Shown here piece after piece: positions 38,126 through 46,899 of a DNA stretch of 64,000 nucleotides (the first letter of the stretch is position 1; each line of letters opens with the position of its first letter). The notes beneath the pieces are model-generated. The model was not told the DNA's origin. It was given only the letters and a program-made list of their open reading frames with translations, and ran no database searches. Source of the stretch: Candidatus Izemoplasmatales bacterium (lineage in GTDB: Bacteria > Bacillota_I > Bacilli_A > Izemoplasmatales > Hujiaoplasmataceae); assembly GCA_050949045.1 (NCBI GenBank), contig JBMNEZ010000001.1, forward strand, positions 320,001 through 384,000, given 5' to 3'. The position numbers and the translations under genes are program-made.

Positions 38126-38660
38126 TATCCTCACCTCCTAGGCTTTTTTTGAGTTTTTTGATCGCTTTGTTGTACAACCATAGTACTGTGCCGAGCGGCT
38201 TGTCGAGCGAAGTAGCGATATCTTTGAATTTGAGATTACCGTAAACCTTCATCAGCACGATCTGTTTTTCTAAATCCGGAAGCGGCTGTAAGACTTTGTC
38301 GATCTCAAGATCGCTTTCAGGCGCTGCTTGCGGGGTTTGATCGAACAGATATATGTCGGTTTGCGGATCATGTACATTGATCAGCTTTTGTTTTCGCAGA
38401 TGGTCGATCGTGGTGTTTTTGGCTATCTGCATGACCCAGGCGGGGAAATTGCGGCCTTTTTGATACGAATTGATATTTTGAATGACTTTCATATAGGTGT
38501 CCTGCATCAGATCCTCGACGGTCGCCTTGTCTCTGATCATGCCGGCAATGATCGAAAACACGCCTCGTTTGGTATTCTCGTAGACGGTTTTGAAGGCTTG
38601 GTCATCTTTGATTTTAAGCAGTTCGCTCAGCCGGTCGTAATCAGGCGCCATCGCGTTCAC
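38115..38660 (-). CDS. ECF RNA polymerase sigma factor
   Basis: EDLMQDTY.K, F.AW..QIAKN..IDHLRK (region 2), KDIA..L..PLGTV (region 4). Confidence 0.92.
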   Translation of the reverse strand: MNAMAPDYDRLSELLKIKDDQAFKTVYENTKRGVFSIIAGMIRDKATVEDLMQDTYMKVIQNINSYQKGRNFPAWVMQIAKNTTIDHLRKQKLINVHDPQTDIYLFDQTPQAAPESDLEIDKVLQPLPDLEKQIVLMKVYGNLKFKDIATSLDKPLGTVLWLYNKAIKKLKKSLGGEDNEE

Positions 38661-38824
38661 CCCAGCAATTATTATATCACGCTAAACAAGAATGACTCGG
38701 ACCATGCCTGTTTTCAAATAATATACGATTATGATCGGGATTTTATTGGCTTTTTGGTAATCTGTCGCGGAATCGGTAAAAAAATGATATAATGAAAAAC
38801 AGATACTGCAAAATTGGTGAGGTC

Positions 38825-39631
38825 ATGGAAAAAACAGCGCCAAAGAGGATTTGGGAACTTGATTTTTTGCGAGGATTTGCCATTATCATGATGGTTTTTG
38901 ATCATTTGATGTACGATCTGAAATCGCTGCCGGACTGGTTCGGCAACTTTGAAACGATAGGCAATCCGGTGATCGAGTTTTTGAGCCGGATCGCTCTTGG
39001 CTATTGGTTCTCCCTTGCCCGAAAGATCGGGCATCCGATCTTCGTGGCCATCTTTCTCATCGTCTCGGGCATCAGTTTCAACTTTAGTAGAAACAATCTC
39101 AAGCGTGGTCTCAAGTTTCTCGTCGTCGCTTTGTTAATATCGCTGGTGACATTCGGCATCCAGTGGGCGACCGGAGGGAGTCTCAGGATCGGGATCATGT
39201 TCGGGATCATCCATATGTTCGCATTTGCTACCATGCTTCTGTGGGTGCTTAGAAAACTTTGGGACAACGATTTGTTCATTCTCGCTGTCGGCTTTTGCAT
39301 TATCGGTCTCGGCATCGTTTTGCGCTTCTGGGAGGTCCAATATGTGCAAAACCCGACAATCTGGGATATTCCAGCGATTATTCTCGGGACGAAGGGACAT
39401 GGCGCTGACTATTTTGGGATCGCACCCTATGCCGGAGTCATCATGGTCGGCAGCGCCATCGGCCATTTGCTCTATCCAAAGGCAGAGAGCCTACTGCCCA
39501 GGTGGGACCGAGGTTGGAACCGGCCTTTCTTGTTTGCCGGCAGACATTCATTTTTGATTTTCATCGTTCATCAGGTTGTCATTTTTTCCCTTGTATCTGC
39601 GGTGATGTTCATCTTGGGCTACCGTATGTGA
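38825..39631 (+). CDS. DUF1624 / HGSNAT-like membrane acyltransferase
   Basis: RIWELDFLRGFAIIMM..DH, F.IVSGIS, FGIIH, DYF..PY, GRHS..IF.VHQ. Confidence 0.85.
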   Translation: MEKTAPKRIWELDFLRGFAIIMMVFDHLMYDLKSLPDWFGNFETIGNPVIEFLSRIALGYWFSLARKIGHPIFVAIFLIVSGISFNFSRNNLKRGLKFLVVALLISLVTFGIQWATGGSLRIGIMFGIIHMFAFATMLLWVLRKLWDNDLFILAVGFCIIGLGIVLRFWEVQYVQNPTIWDIPAIILGTKGHGADYFGIAPYAGVIMVGSAIGHLLYPKAESLLPRWDRGWNRPFLFAGRHSFLIFIVHQVVIFSLVSAVMFILGYRM

Positions 39632-39656
39632 TATTCTATTAGTTGAGGTGCGACAA

Positions 39657-41279
39657 ATGTTGAGAAACGGAACCGTATACGAAGCCATCAGGGCGGCGGG
39701 CAACAAATACCCGAACCGCAACGCTATTTATTTTATGAAGAAGTATATCACCTACGACCAGTTGCTGGACAAGATCGACATGGTCGCTTCCGGGCTTGTG
39801 AAGCTCGGGATCGGCCGCGATGACGTCGTCACGATCGCGATGCCGAACACAATTGAAGCGGTCTATTTGTTCTATGCCGTCAATCGGGTCGGCGCGATCG
39901 GCCATATGGTTCACCCGCTCACCCCGGCAAAACAGCTCGAGCGCTATATGGAGGCCGTCAAAAGCAAGACACTCTTCATCGTCGATGTGTTCCTGCAAGC
40001 TTTCCAAGATCTTTTGAAAGACCCTCTTTTGCGGGTCGTAGTCGCCTGCCCGGTTGGCGAGTTCGGCGTTATCAAGCAGTTTCTTTACCGGCTGATCAAC
40101 CATAAGAAGCTTAAACTTCCGAAAACCGGCGCCGACAGAGTCATACCGTTCAAAAACATTTATAACAAGATCTCGACTGATTATATCGAGGAAAAGAATC
40201 CAGAAAGAACGGCCGTCTACCTTCATAGTGGCGGTACTTCCGGCGAAGCCAAGATCGTCGAGTTGTCGAATCTCGCTTTGAACAATCTCGCCGACAGGTA
40301 TCCGGAAATTCTCCAACTGGAGACATACGAGGAAAAGTATGTGCTTTCGGTCTTACCGATGTTCCACGGTTTTGGTCTCTGCGAGTGCATCCATTCGATG
40401 CTCTATCATGGCGGAGTCGATGCACTGATGCCCAAGTTCGACCCCCGGAAAACAGCTCAACTGATAAAAGAAAACAAAGTCAATGTGATCATCGCCGTTC
40501 CCAGTCTTTTTTCTGCCCTCGTAAATTGTCCGGAATTTGCCGGCGATCATCTCAAAAACCTGAAGCGCTGTTATGTCGGCGGCGACTATGTTTCAACCAG
40601 TCTCAAAAAACGTTTCAACAATTTGATGAAACAATACGGCTCCGATGCCAGGCTCCTTGAGGGCTACGGCCTGACCGAGGTCGTTGCCGTCTGCACAGTA
40701 AACAAACCAGATGCCGACAATCCGGAAACGGTCGGCAGTCCGATCAGCGATATCGAAATCAGAATTCTCGATACCGAGACAAGGGCAATTCTTCCGGCCA
40801 ATACGAGCGGCGAGATCGCCATCGCCGGCGACACGATGATGACAGGCTATTTCAACGATCCTCAGGCGACGAAGAACGCATTTATGACGGATGAATCGGG
40901 CAAAGTCTGGCTCCTCACTGGCGACTACGGTTTTCTCGATGAGAAAGGATATCTCCATTTCAAGCAAAGAATCAAAAGGCTCGTGAAGGTCCACGGAATG
41001 ACAGTTTTACCTTCGGAGATCGAAAACCTGCTGGCCAATTTGGAGGAAATCAGCGAAGTCGCAGCTATTGGAGTGCCAAACGAAAAAAAAGGACACTTGA
41101 TTAAACTCTTCGTGGTCCTAAATCCCAAAGTTCAAAGACTTCATGATGACGATAGCATCCGCAAACTGATCCGGATGGAAATTTCCCGGTATGCGGTACC
41201 GAAAGAGATCGTTTATATCGACGCCCTGCCAAGAACCGGCCTTGGCAAGGTCGACACTCGTAAACTGGAAACAATGTAG
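39657..41279 (+). CDS. AMP-binding (long-chain acyl-CoA ligase-like) enzyme
   Basis: HSGGTSGEAK, LPMFHGFG, EGYGLTE, LTGD, LPRTGLGKVD. Confidence 0.9.
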   Translation: MLRNGTVYEAIRAAGNKYPNRNAIYFMKKYITYDQLLDKIDMVASGLVKLGIGRDDVVTIAMPNTIEAVYLFYAVNRVGAIGHMVHPLTPAKQLERYMEAVKSKTLFIVDVFLQAFQDLLKDPLLRVVVACPVGEFGVIKQFLYRLINHKKLKLPKTGADRVIPFKNIYNKISTDYIEEKNPERTAVYLHSGGTSGEAKIVELSNLALNNLADRYPEILQLETYEEKYVLSVLPMFHGFGLCECIHSMLYHGGVDALMPKFDPRKTAQLIKENKVNVIIAVPSLFSALVNCPEFAGDHLKNLKRCYVGGDYVSTSLKKRFNNLMKQYGSDARLLEGYGLTEVVAVCTVNKPDADNPETVGSPISDIEIRILDTETRAILPANTSGEIAIAGDTMMTGYFNDPQATKNAFMTDESGKVWLLTGDYGFLDEKGYLHFKQRIKRLVKVHGMTVLPSEIENLLANLEEISEVAAIGVPNEKKGHLIKLFVVLNPKVQRLHDDDSIRKLIRMEISRYAVPKEIVYIDALPRTGLGKVDTRKLETM

Positions 41280-41284
41280 AACAA

Positions 41285-41311
41285 AAGCGCTGCCCGGCCG
41301 GGCAGCACTTT
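41285..41311. terminator. Bidirectional terminator
   Basis: AAAGCGCTGCCCG-GC-CGGGCAGCACTTT. Confidence 0.7.
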
Positions 41312-41328
41312 GTATCAATGCTTATAAA

Positions 41329-41901
41329 TCAGAAAAGCCGATTGTTGATGTCTCTAAAGAAAAACACGATTATCTGAACCATTGTATCTTGGATTTTCTT
41401 GACATCATTGATGTTTTCCTTGAAGACGACGAATAGTGATTGAATAAAGCCGTATGCGATGATTTTCAAGAAGTAATCATTGAATTTTCCGGGATAAAAC
41501 TCTTTGATCTTCGTGACCACCAACATTTCGAGTTGTGTTTTCACTTGATGAAAATGAGTCCCCGTTGAATTGAAAATCATGATAAAGATTTCTTTCATAT
41601 AAGGCTTAAGGACATTCATCACATAAGTGACGATCTGAGTAGCGTCTTTTATCGAGTCGATATGTGTGATATGCAGTTTCTGGTCGAATGTGCCAAGATC
41701 GTTGATTGCTTGTTGCGCCGGAGCCAAGACGGCGTTGAATAAGTCTTTTTTGCTATCAAAATAACGATAGATATTGCCTACGGTGATATTGGCGCTGTCA
41801 GCGATCCTGCGCATGTTGGCGTTTTTGTAACCATATTCGAAAAAATCTTCGATCGCGCCGCTGATGATTGCTTTGCGTACTGATTCTTTCAAAACTTGCA
41901 T
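41329..41901 (-). CDS. TetR/AcrR family transcriptional regulator
   Basis: MQVLKE..R..I...A..FF..GY..ANMRRIA...TVGNIYRYF.SK HTH; GGAGG RBS before ATG 41901. Confidence 0.92.
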   Translation of the reverse strand: MQVLKESVRKAIISGAIEDFFEYGYKNANMRRIADSANITVGNIYRYFDSKKDLFNAVLAPAQQAINDLGTFDQKLHITHIDSIKDATQIVTYVMNVLKPYMKEIFIMIFNSTGTHFHQVKTQLEMLVVTKIKEFYPGKFNDYFLKIIAYGFIQSLFVVFKENINDVKKIQDTMVQIIVFFFRDINNRLF

Positions 41902-42227
41902 TTGTTTTCCTCCTTCGGGCTCTGCCCTATGATTAATGTAAATTAGATTTGCCAAATTTCCCGGATATGGCATATATAGATAATTTCCGCATTTATTATA
42001 CACGAATGACTTCACTCATACAAGAAATTCGTGAGAAAATTTACAATATATTTTGAAATTATAACTATATTTCGTATTAATAAGAGAGGTAAGCAAAATT
42101 ATTAATAAATCACAAGAGCGGTTGGTAGTATTTTTAGTAAACGAGTGTGAATGTTTTCTATTATTATTCAATTTATCAATACATGTCTAATCTAAGGAAA
42201 AGTATTTGGAATAAACAAGAAACTCAG

Positions 42228-42256
42228 TTGACATCTATTTATTAGCGTTATATAAT
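42228..42256 (+). promoter_or_regulatory. Perfect consensus sigma-A promoter
   Basis: TTGACA (42228-33)-17 nt-TATAAT (42251-56). Confidence 0.88.
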
Positions 42257-42296
42257 TTTTATATATAGATTATATACAGAATGAAAGGGTGAGATA

Positions 42297-43538
42297 ATGA
42301 AAAAGTTTTTTAGAAGCATCGTGATCATTTTGTCATTATTGCTTGTATCCCTGGTTGCCATCCCCTGGAACAATTTGTCTCAGTGGTGGGGGCTCACGTT
42401 CCCGTTGATGAGCGACAACGAATTATATATAAAGGGCGGAGTCGGAGGATTGATGCTGCTTTTCAGTTTGATCTTCCTGATTGTTGCCAACAAAGAGCAT
42501 AGAGAATACGGACATGTGGTGCCGGGAACAGCACAGGCCGCCTTCTTGCCGATGTTCACTTACGCGATCGCTGCTCTTATCTACCCTCTTGTTATCTATT
42601 TGTTTAGATACACCAGCGATCCTTCGGTAATCAATCTGCTCTTTTTGATCGCTGTCGGGGTCATTTTGCTCAACATCATTGTTTTCGGCCATATGCTGTC
42701 CGCCGGTTTCAGAAAACAAAGCAATTTCGGCCGGGTGATGATCTTCTTCCTGCAGTTAGAGTTGATGGCGATCGGCATGGGTGTCAGTTACTATGTGAGA
42801 ACCATGGTCGTTACTGATGCATTCTATCAGGGCATGAATACATTCTGGTACATCGCGATTCTCGCTTTCACGTTTGTTTTCGCAATCATCCATTTGATCA
42901 TCATCAAAGTCAAAAGCAAGAACCGCGCCGCGGAAAAGGAGCTTGAGGCTGAAATCGATGATCTCAAGGATATCAAGAAAATGTCTTCAAAGAAAGGCGG
43001 CAAAGGAAGCGAAGCGGTTGTTCAAACCAGACCCGATGGCAAAAAGACGATGATCGTTTCCAAGGAACAGACGATTGTATCGGGTGGACAGGACCTCGAT
43101 CCGACGAACATCCTTTACGAGGATGTCAATGTCGATCCTGAGTTCACCAAGACCCAAAACCAGGACAAGCAAGTCAATTCGATCGAGTATTATATTGAAA
43201 AACCGAAGATGTTTAAACCCCTTGACCCGACTTTTGACCAACTCGTCGGGTATGTCAGGGAACTTCCACAGGTCGTAACCAAGATCGTTGACGATAAGAT
43301 CACTTTCTATGTCGACAGGAAGCCTTTCCTTGTTCTCATGAATTATGGGAATTACTACCGGATGGCTTTCAAATACGAACTGGAAAAGGGCATCCGCTTA
43401 ATCATCAAGTATCCAACTGTTTCCAAGAACAAGAGCACGCGTGACGATCTCTGGTTCAAGGCCAATAATTACGGAGACATTCCCAAGGAGGTTGTCTATC
43501 AGATTGTCAAATCTGCATATGATAACGTCAATGCCTAA
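42297..43538 (+). CDS. Multi-pass membrane protein with a C-terminal YjbR/MmcQ-like domain
   Basis: About 6 TM helices, a charged linker, then FYVDRKPF..AFK...L..KYP.V...W....GDIP.E.V..IV.SAY..V. Confidence 0.65.
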   Translation: MKKFFRSIVIILSLLLVSLVAIPWNNLSQWWGLTFPLMSDNELYIKGGVGGLMLLFSLIFLIVANKEHREYGHVVPGTAQAAFLPMFTYAIAALIYPLVIYLFRYTSDPSVINLLFLIAVGVILLNIIVFGHMLSAGFRKQSNFGRVMIFFLQLELMAIGMGVSYYVRTMVVTDAFYQGMNTFWYIAILAFTFVFAIIHLIIIKVKSKNRAAEKELEAEIDDLKDIKKMSSKKGGKGSEAVVQTRPDGKKTMIVSKEQTIVSGGQDLDPTNILYEDVNVDPEFTKTQNQDKQVNSIEYYIEKPKMFKPLDPTFDQLVGYVRELPQVVTKIVDDKITFYVDRKPFLVLMNYGNYYRMAFKYELEKGIRLIIKYPTVSKNKSTRDDLWFKANNYGDIPKEVVYQIVKSAYDNVNA

Positions 43539-43564
43539 AAAGCAACGCTTTTGGTTGCTTTTTT
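43537..43564 (+). terminator. Intrinsic terminator
   Basis: AAAAAGCAAC-GCTTTTG-GTTGCTTTTTT. Confidence 0.75.
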
Positions 43565-43616
43565 CGTCCAAGTTGTCTTCATCAGATATTTGAAAATTAT
43601 ATGAGGTGATCGAATT

Positions 43617-44345
43617 ATGATTTTACAAGAGGTTGAAGCGCTAAAGCAGCGGGTTCGGGACAAGTTAGCAACCTTGTCCAGTGAAGCGATCAAAGCCATT
43701 ACCGATCAATTCGACAAGCAATACATCTTTGAATCGACAAGTTTTGATAACGGGGATTTCAGCTTTGAGGATGTCTGTTTTTTACTTGAGGACCATTCCC
43801 GTCAGTTTCCCGACAAAAGCGAAAACGTCCGTAAAGCGATCATCAACAATTACCATGCGATCCAGATGGTTCATCGGCTGGTTGCCGATCAAGTGCAACT
43901 GAACGAGACGATCGTCAAGGATCTCCACCAACAACTTCTCGAGGGGATGATGCCAGGAGGCGTCTATCGGACCAGAGACTTGTTTATTCTCGGGGCAAAG
44001 CATGTGCCACCTACCTATCTCAAAATCTATCAAAAAATGTCGCAGTTTTATGCCGATCTCAATGATCCGGAATTGAAGGGTCTCAAAAAAGCGGCCTTCG
44101 CCCATCTTCAGATTCTTAAAATCTATCCCTTTATGGATGCGAACGGAAGATTGGCGCGGCTTCTACTAAATTACCAGCTTGAGCTCGAGGGATTCTTGCC
44201 AGTATCGGTTTCCAAGGGGCAACGTGACGAATATTTCCGGACAATTGACGAATACAAAATCAATAAAACCATCAAGCCTTTCACCGAGTTTCTCGCCCGG
44301 CTCGAGAAAGAGCGGATCGAAAAGTTTTTGAAAGAGAGTAACTGA
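43617..44345 (+). CDS. Fic family protein with a non-canonical motif (YPFMDANGR)
   Basis: Fido-fold motifs: IKDLH-like helix, G.YR, H.PP, H...KIYPFMDANGRLARLLLN. Confidence 0.85.
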   Translation: MILQEVEALKQRVRDKLATLSSEAIKAITDQFDKQYIFESTSFDNGDFSFEDVCFLLEDHSRQFPDKSENVRKAIINNYHAIQMVHRLVADQVQLNETIVKDLHQQLLEGMMPGGVYRTRDLFILGAKHVPPTYLKIYQKMSQFYADLNDPELKGLKKAAFAHLQILKIYPFMDANGRLARLLLNYQLELEGFLPVSVSKGQRDEYFRTIDEYKINKTIKPFTEFLARLEKERIEKFLKESN

Positions 44346-44358
44346 TACTCTCTTTTTT
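44332..44358 (+). terminator. Terminator-like hairpin overlapping the fic stop codon
   Basis: AAGAGAGTA-ACTGA-TACTCTCTT followed by a T run. Confidence 0.6.
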
Positions 44359-44392
44359 CTGATTTATGCTAAAATACCATCAGGTGAAACAA

Positions 44393-45364
44393 ATGATTAA
44401 TGTTCGATACCCTTTCATGGAGACAAGAAGGCTCTCTTTTTATCTGGCGACTGAGGAGTATCTTGCAATAAATTTTCCACCCGAAGAATATTTCTTTTTG
44501 TGGCAGGTTAAACCTACGGTGATCTTTGGGCGCAACCAGCTGATCGAAAACGAGGTCAACCTCGATTATGTCAAAAACAACGGCATCGAGTTCTATAGGC
44601 GTAAATCCGGCGGCGGTTGTGTATATAGCGATTTCTCCAATATCATGCTTTCATTCATCTCCCCTAGCTTTAACAAGTCTTTCGTCTTTGACACTTATCT
44701 CGGGAAAGTGGTTGCCTTGCTCAAAGGGCTGGGTTTAGATGCCGAGTTTTCCGGACGCAACGACATCCTCGTAGATGGAATGAAGGTCTCCGGCAATGCT
44801 TTCTACAAGATAAGGGACAGAAGCATTGTCCACGGGACAATGCTTTTCGACACTAATCTCGAAGAGATGGTGCGGGCGATCACTCCCGACAACGAGAAAC
44901 TACTCACGAAGGGGATTGCCTCCGTTAAAAACCGCGTCACCAATCTCAAGGATCATCTGTCGATCGACATCGAGGCCTTCAAAAACTATCTAGAAAAAAG
45001 CCTCTGTGACAGGAAACTGTTCCTTGAACATTCGGAGGTCAAAAAGATCGAGGCCATCGAAAAAAGCTACCTCGACCCCGACTTCATATACGGCAAGAAT
45101 CCTGACTATACGATCATCAAAAAAAAGAAAGTCGATGCTGGACTGATTGAAGTCAGTTTTGTAATCAAAAACCAAATTGTGAAGAAAGTCAATGTTCTCG
45201 GGGATTATTTTCTAATTGGTGATCTTGATCTGATCACAAAACCGCTCCTCAACCAACCGTTCAAGAAAGCTGCCTTCGCCGCTGCTCTCAAGAACGTTAG
45301 TCTTGAGGAATGCATCTACAAGCTCACGCTAACGGATTTTCTCGAAATTGTTTTTGAAGCCTAA
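44393..45364 (+). CDS. lplA: Lipoate--protein ligase
   Basis: LATEEY, GRNQ..NEVN, RRKSGGGCVY.D, GRNDI, KVSGNA, HGTMLF, S..NRVTN. Confidence 0.92.
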   Translation: MINVRYPFMETRRLSFYLATEEYLAINFPPEEYFFLWQVKPTVIFGRNQLIENEVNLDYVKNNGIEFYRRKSGGGCVYSDFSNIMLSFISPSFNKSFVFDTYLGKVVALLKGLGLDAEFSGRNDILVDGMKVSGNAFYKIRDRSIVHGTMLFDTNLEEMVRAITPDNEKLLTKGIASVKNRVTNLKDHLSIDIEAFKNYLEKSLCDRKLFLEHSEVKKIEAIEKSYLDPDFIYGKNPDYTIIKKKKVDAGLIEVSFVIKNQIVKKVNVLGDYFLIGDLDLITKPLLNQPFKKAAFAAALKNVSLEECIYKLTLTDFLEIVFEA

Positions 45365-45403
45365 GGGCTTATGATATAATTACACTTGATAAAGGGGATT
45401 GAA

Positions 45404-46495
45404 ATGAGCGAAGCAAAGAAGACTTGTCTGTATGAGTCGCATGTCGCCCTCGGGGCGAAGATGGAAGAATATGCAGGGTATTTGATGCCGATCGTCTACA
45501 CTTCGATCGCGGATGAGCATCTAGCGGTGAGGAACGCAGTCGGGATGTTTGATGTCTCGCATATGGGTGAGATCATCATCAAGGGCAAAGACGCTTTGAA
45601 ATTTGTCGATTATGTGTTTTCTAACGAGATCGCCTCAAAGGCGATCGGCAAGATCGTCTACGGAATGCTCTTATATGAAAACGGGACGGTCGTCGACGAT
45701 CTGCTCGTTTACAAAGTATCGGATAACGAGTGTTTTCTGGTGGTCAATGCCAGCAACAAGGACAAGGATTACGAGTGGCTCTTGAAAAACAAGGATGGTT
45801 TCGACGTCGAGATCCTGAACTGTTCGGATGCGTACGCCGAGGTTGCCGTTCAGGGACCCAAGGCTGAAGCAACGCTGAACGCTCTTTTTGATCTCAAACT
45901 CGATGACCTCGCTTCCTTCACCTTTAAATTCACGAAACTTTTGGGTCGGGAAGTCATCATCTCTAGGACCGGTTACACCGGCGAGGATGGCTTTGAGATC
46001 TATGGCGATGAGAAAACCATCAAGAAGCTCTGGAAAATCCTGCTTGAAGAAAAAGTCACGCCGTGCGGTCTCGGTTGTCGGGATACTCTGCGTTTCGAGG
46101 CGGCCTTGCCGCTTTACGGCCATGAGATCTCGGATGAGATCACTCCGCTCGAGGCAGGTTTCAAGATGTTCGTCGATTTTAAGAAGCCTTCGTTTATTGG
46201 CAAAGAGCAGTTGATGAAAGATCTTGAACTTGGTCCGAAGCGCCGTTTGGTCGGGGTGGAACTGATCGAGATGGGGATTCCGAGACAAGGCTATCCCGTC
46301 TTTTCCGGGGAAGAAATCATCGGTCAAGTGACGACCGGATACTTCTCGATATCTTTGAAAAAGCCGATTGCGCTCGCCCTTGTCGCAAGCGACAAGGCGA
46401 AGATCGGCACCGAGATTACCGTCGAGATCAGAAAGAAACGCTACCGTGGGCTGATAAGAGACAAGAAGTTTCTCTTAAAGAACTATAAGAAATGA
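45404..46495 (+). CDS. gcvT: Glycine cleavage aminomethyltransferase T
   Basis: EHLAVR..GMFDVSHMG, SRTGYTGEDGFE, GLGCRDTLRFEA.LPLYG. Confidence 0.97.
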   Translation: MSEAKKTCLYESHVALGAKMEEYAGYLMPIVYTSIADEHLAVRNAVGMFDVSHMGEIIIKGKDALKFVDYVFSNEIASKAIGKIVYGMLLYENGTVVDDLLVYKVSDNECFLVVNASNKDKDYEWLLKNKDGFDVEILNCSDAYAEVAVQGPKAEATLNALFDLKLDDLASFTFKFTKLLGREVIISRTGYTGEDGFEIYGDEKTIKKLWKILLEEKVTPCGLGCRDTLRFEAALPLYGHEISDEITPLEAGFKMFVDFKKPSFIGKEQLMKDLELGPKRRLVGVELIEMGIPRQGYPVFSGEEIIGQVTTGYFSISLKKPIALALVASDKAKIGTEITVEIRKKRYRGLIRDKKFLLKNYKK

Positions 46496-46509
46496 GAGGA
46501 GAACCGATA

Positions 46510-46890
46510 ATGAGCATCATACCAAAAGGACTATATTATTCAGATGACCACGAATGGGTCAAAGTGGTCGAGGGCAATGTCGTCTTGGTCGGCATCACCG
46601 ATTTCGCCCAACAACAGCTTGGCACGATCGTGTTTGTCGATATGCCGGAAGTCGGGGCGAAAGTCGTTTTTGAGGACGAGTTCGGCGCCGTCGAATCGAT
46701 CAAGGCCGCAAGCGATTTGTTGAGTCCGGTGACGGGAACCGTCATCGCCGTCAACGAAGATCTCGTCAGCGAACCCGAGTTGATTAATGAGGATGCCTAC
46801 AGCGCCTGGATCGTCAAGGTCGCCGTCGACGACATTAACGAACTCGATAATCTGCTCGATCCGATGAGTTACGAGAAGATTTCCAGATAG
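46510..46890 (+). CDS. gcvH: Glycine cleavage H protein
   Basis: HEWV, GITDFAQ, VESIKAAS (lipoyl Lys). Confidence 0.97.
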   Translation: MSIIPKGLYYSDDHEWVKVVEGNVVLVGITDFAQQQLGTIVFVDMPEVGAKVVFEDEFGAVESIKAASDLLSPVTGTVIAVNEDLVSEPELINEDAYSAWIVKVAVDDINELDNLLDPMSYEKISR

Positions 46891-46899
46891 GTGGGCCTG

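Noticed and set aside
36634..41279. Possible genomic island integrated at tRNA-Leu
   Set aside because: No integrase, no duplicated tRNA 3' end seen, and downstream genes look native in composition.
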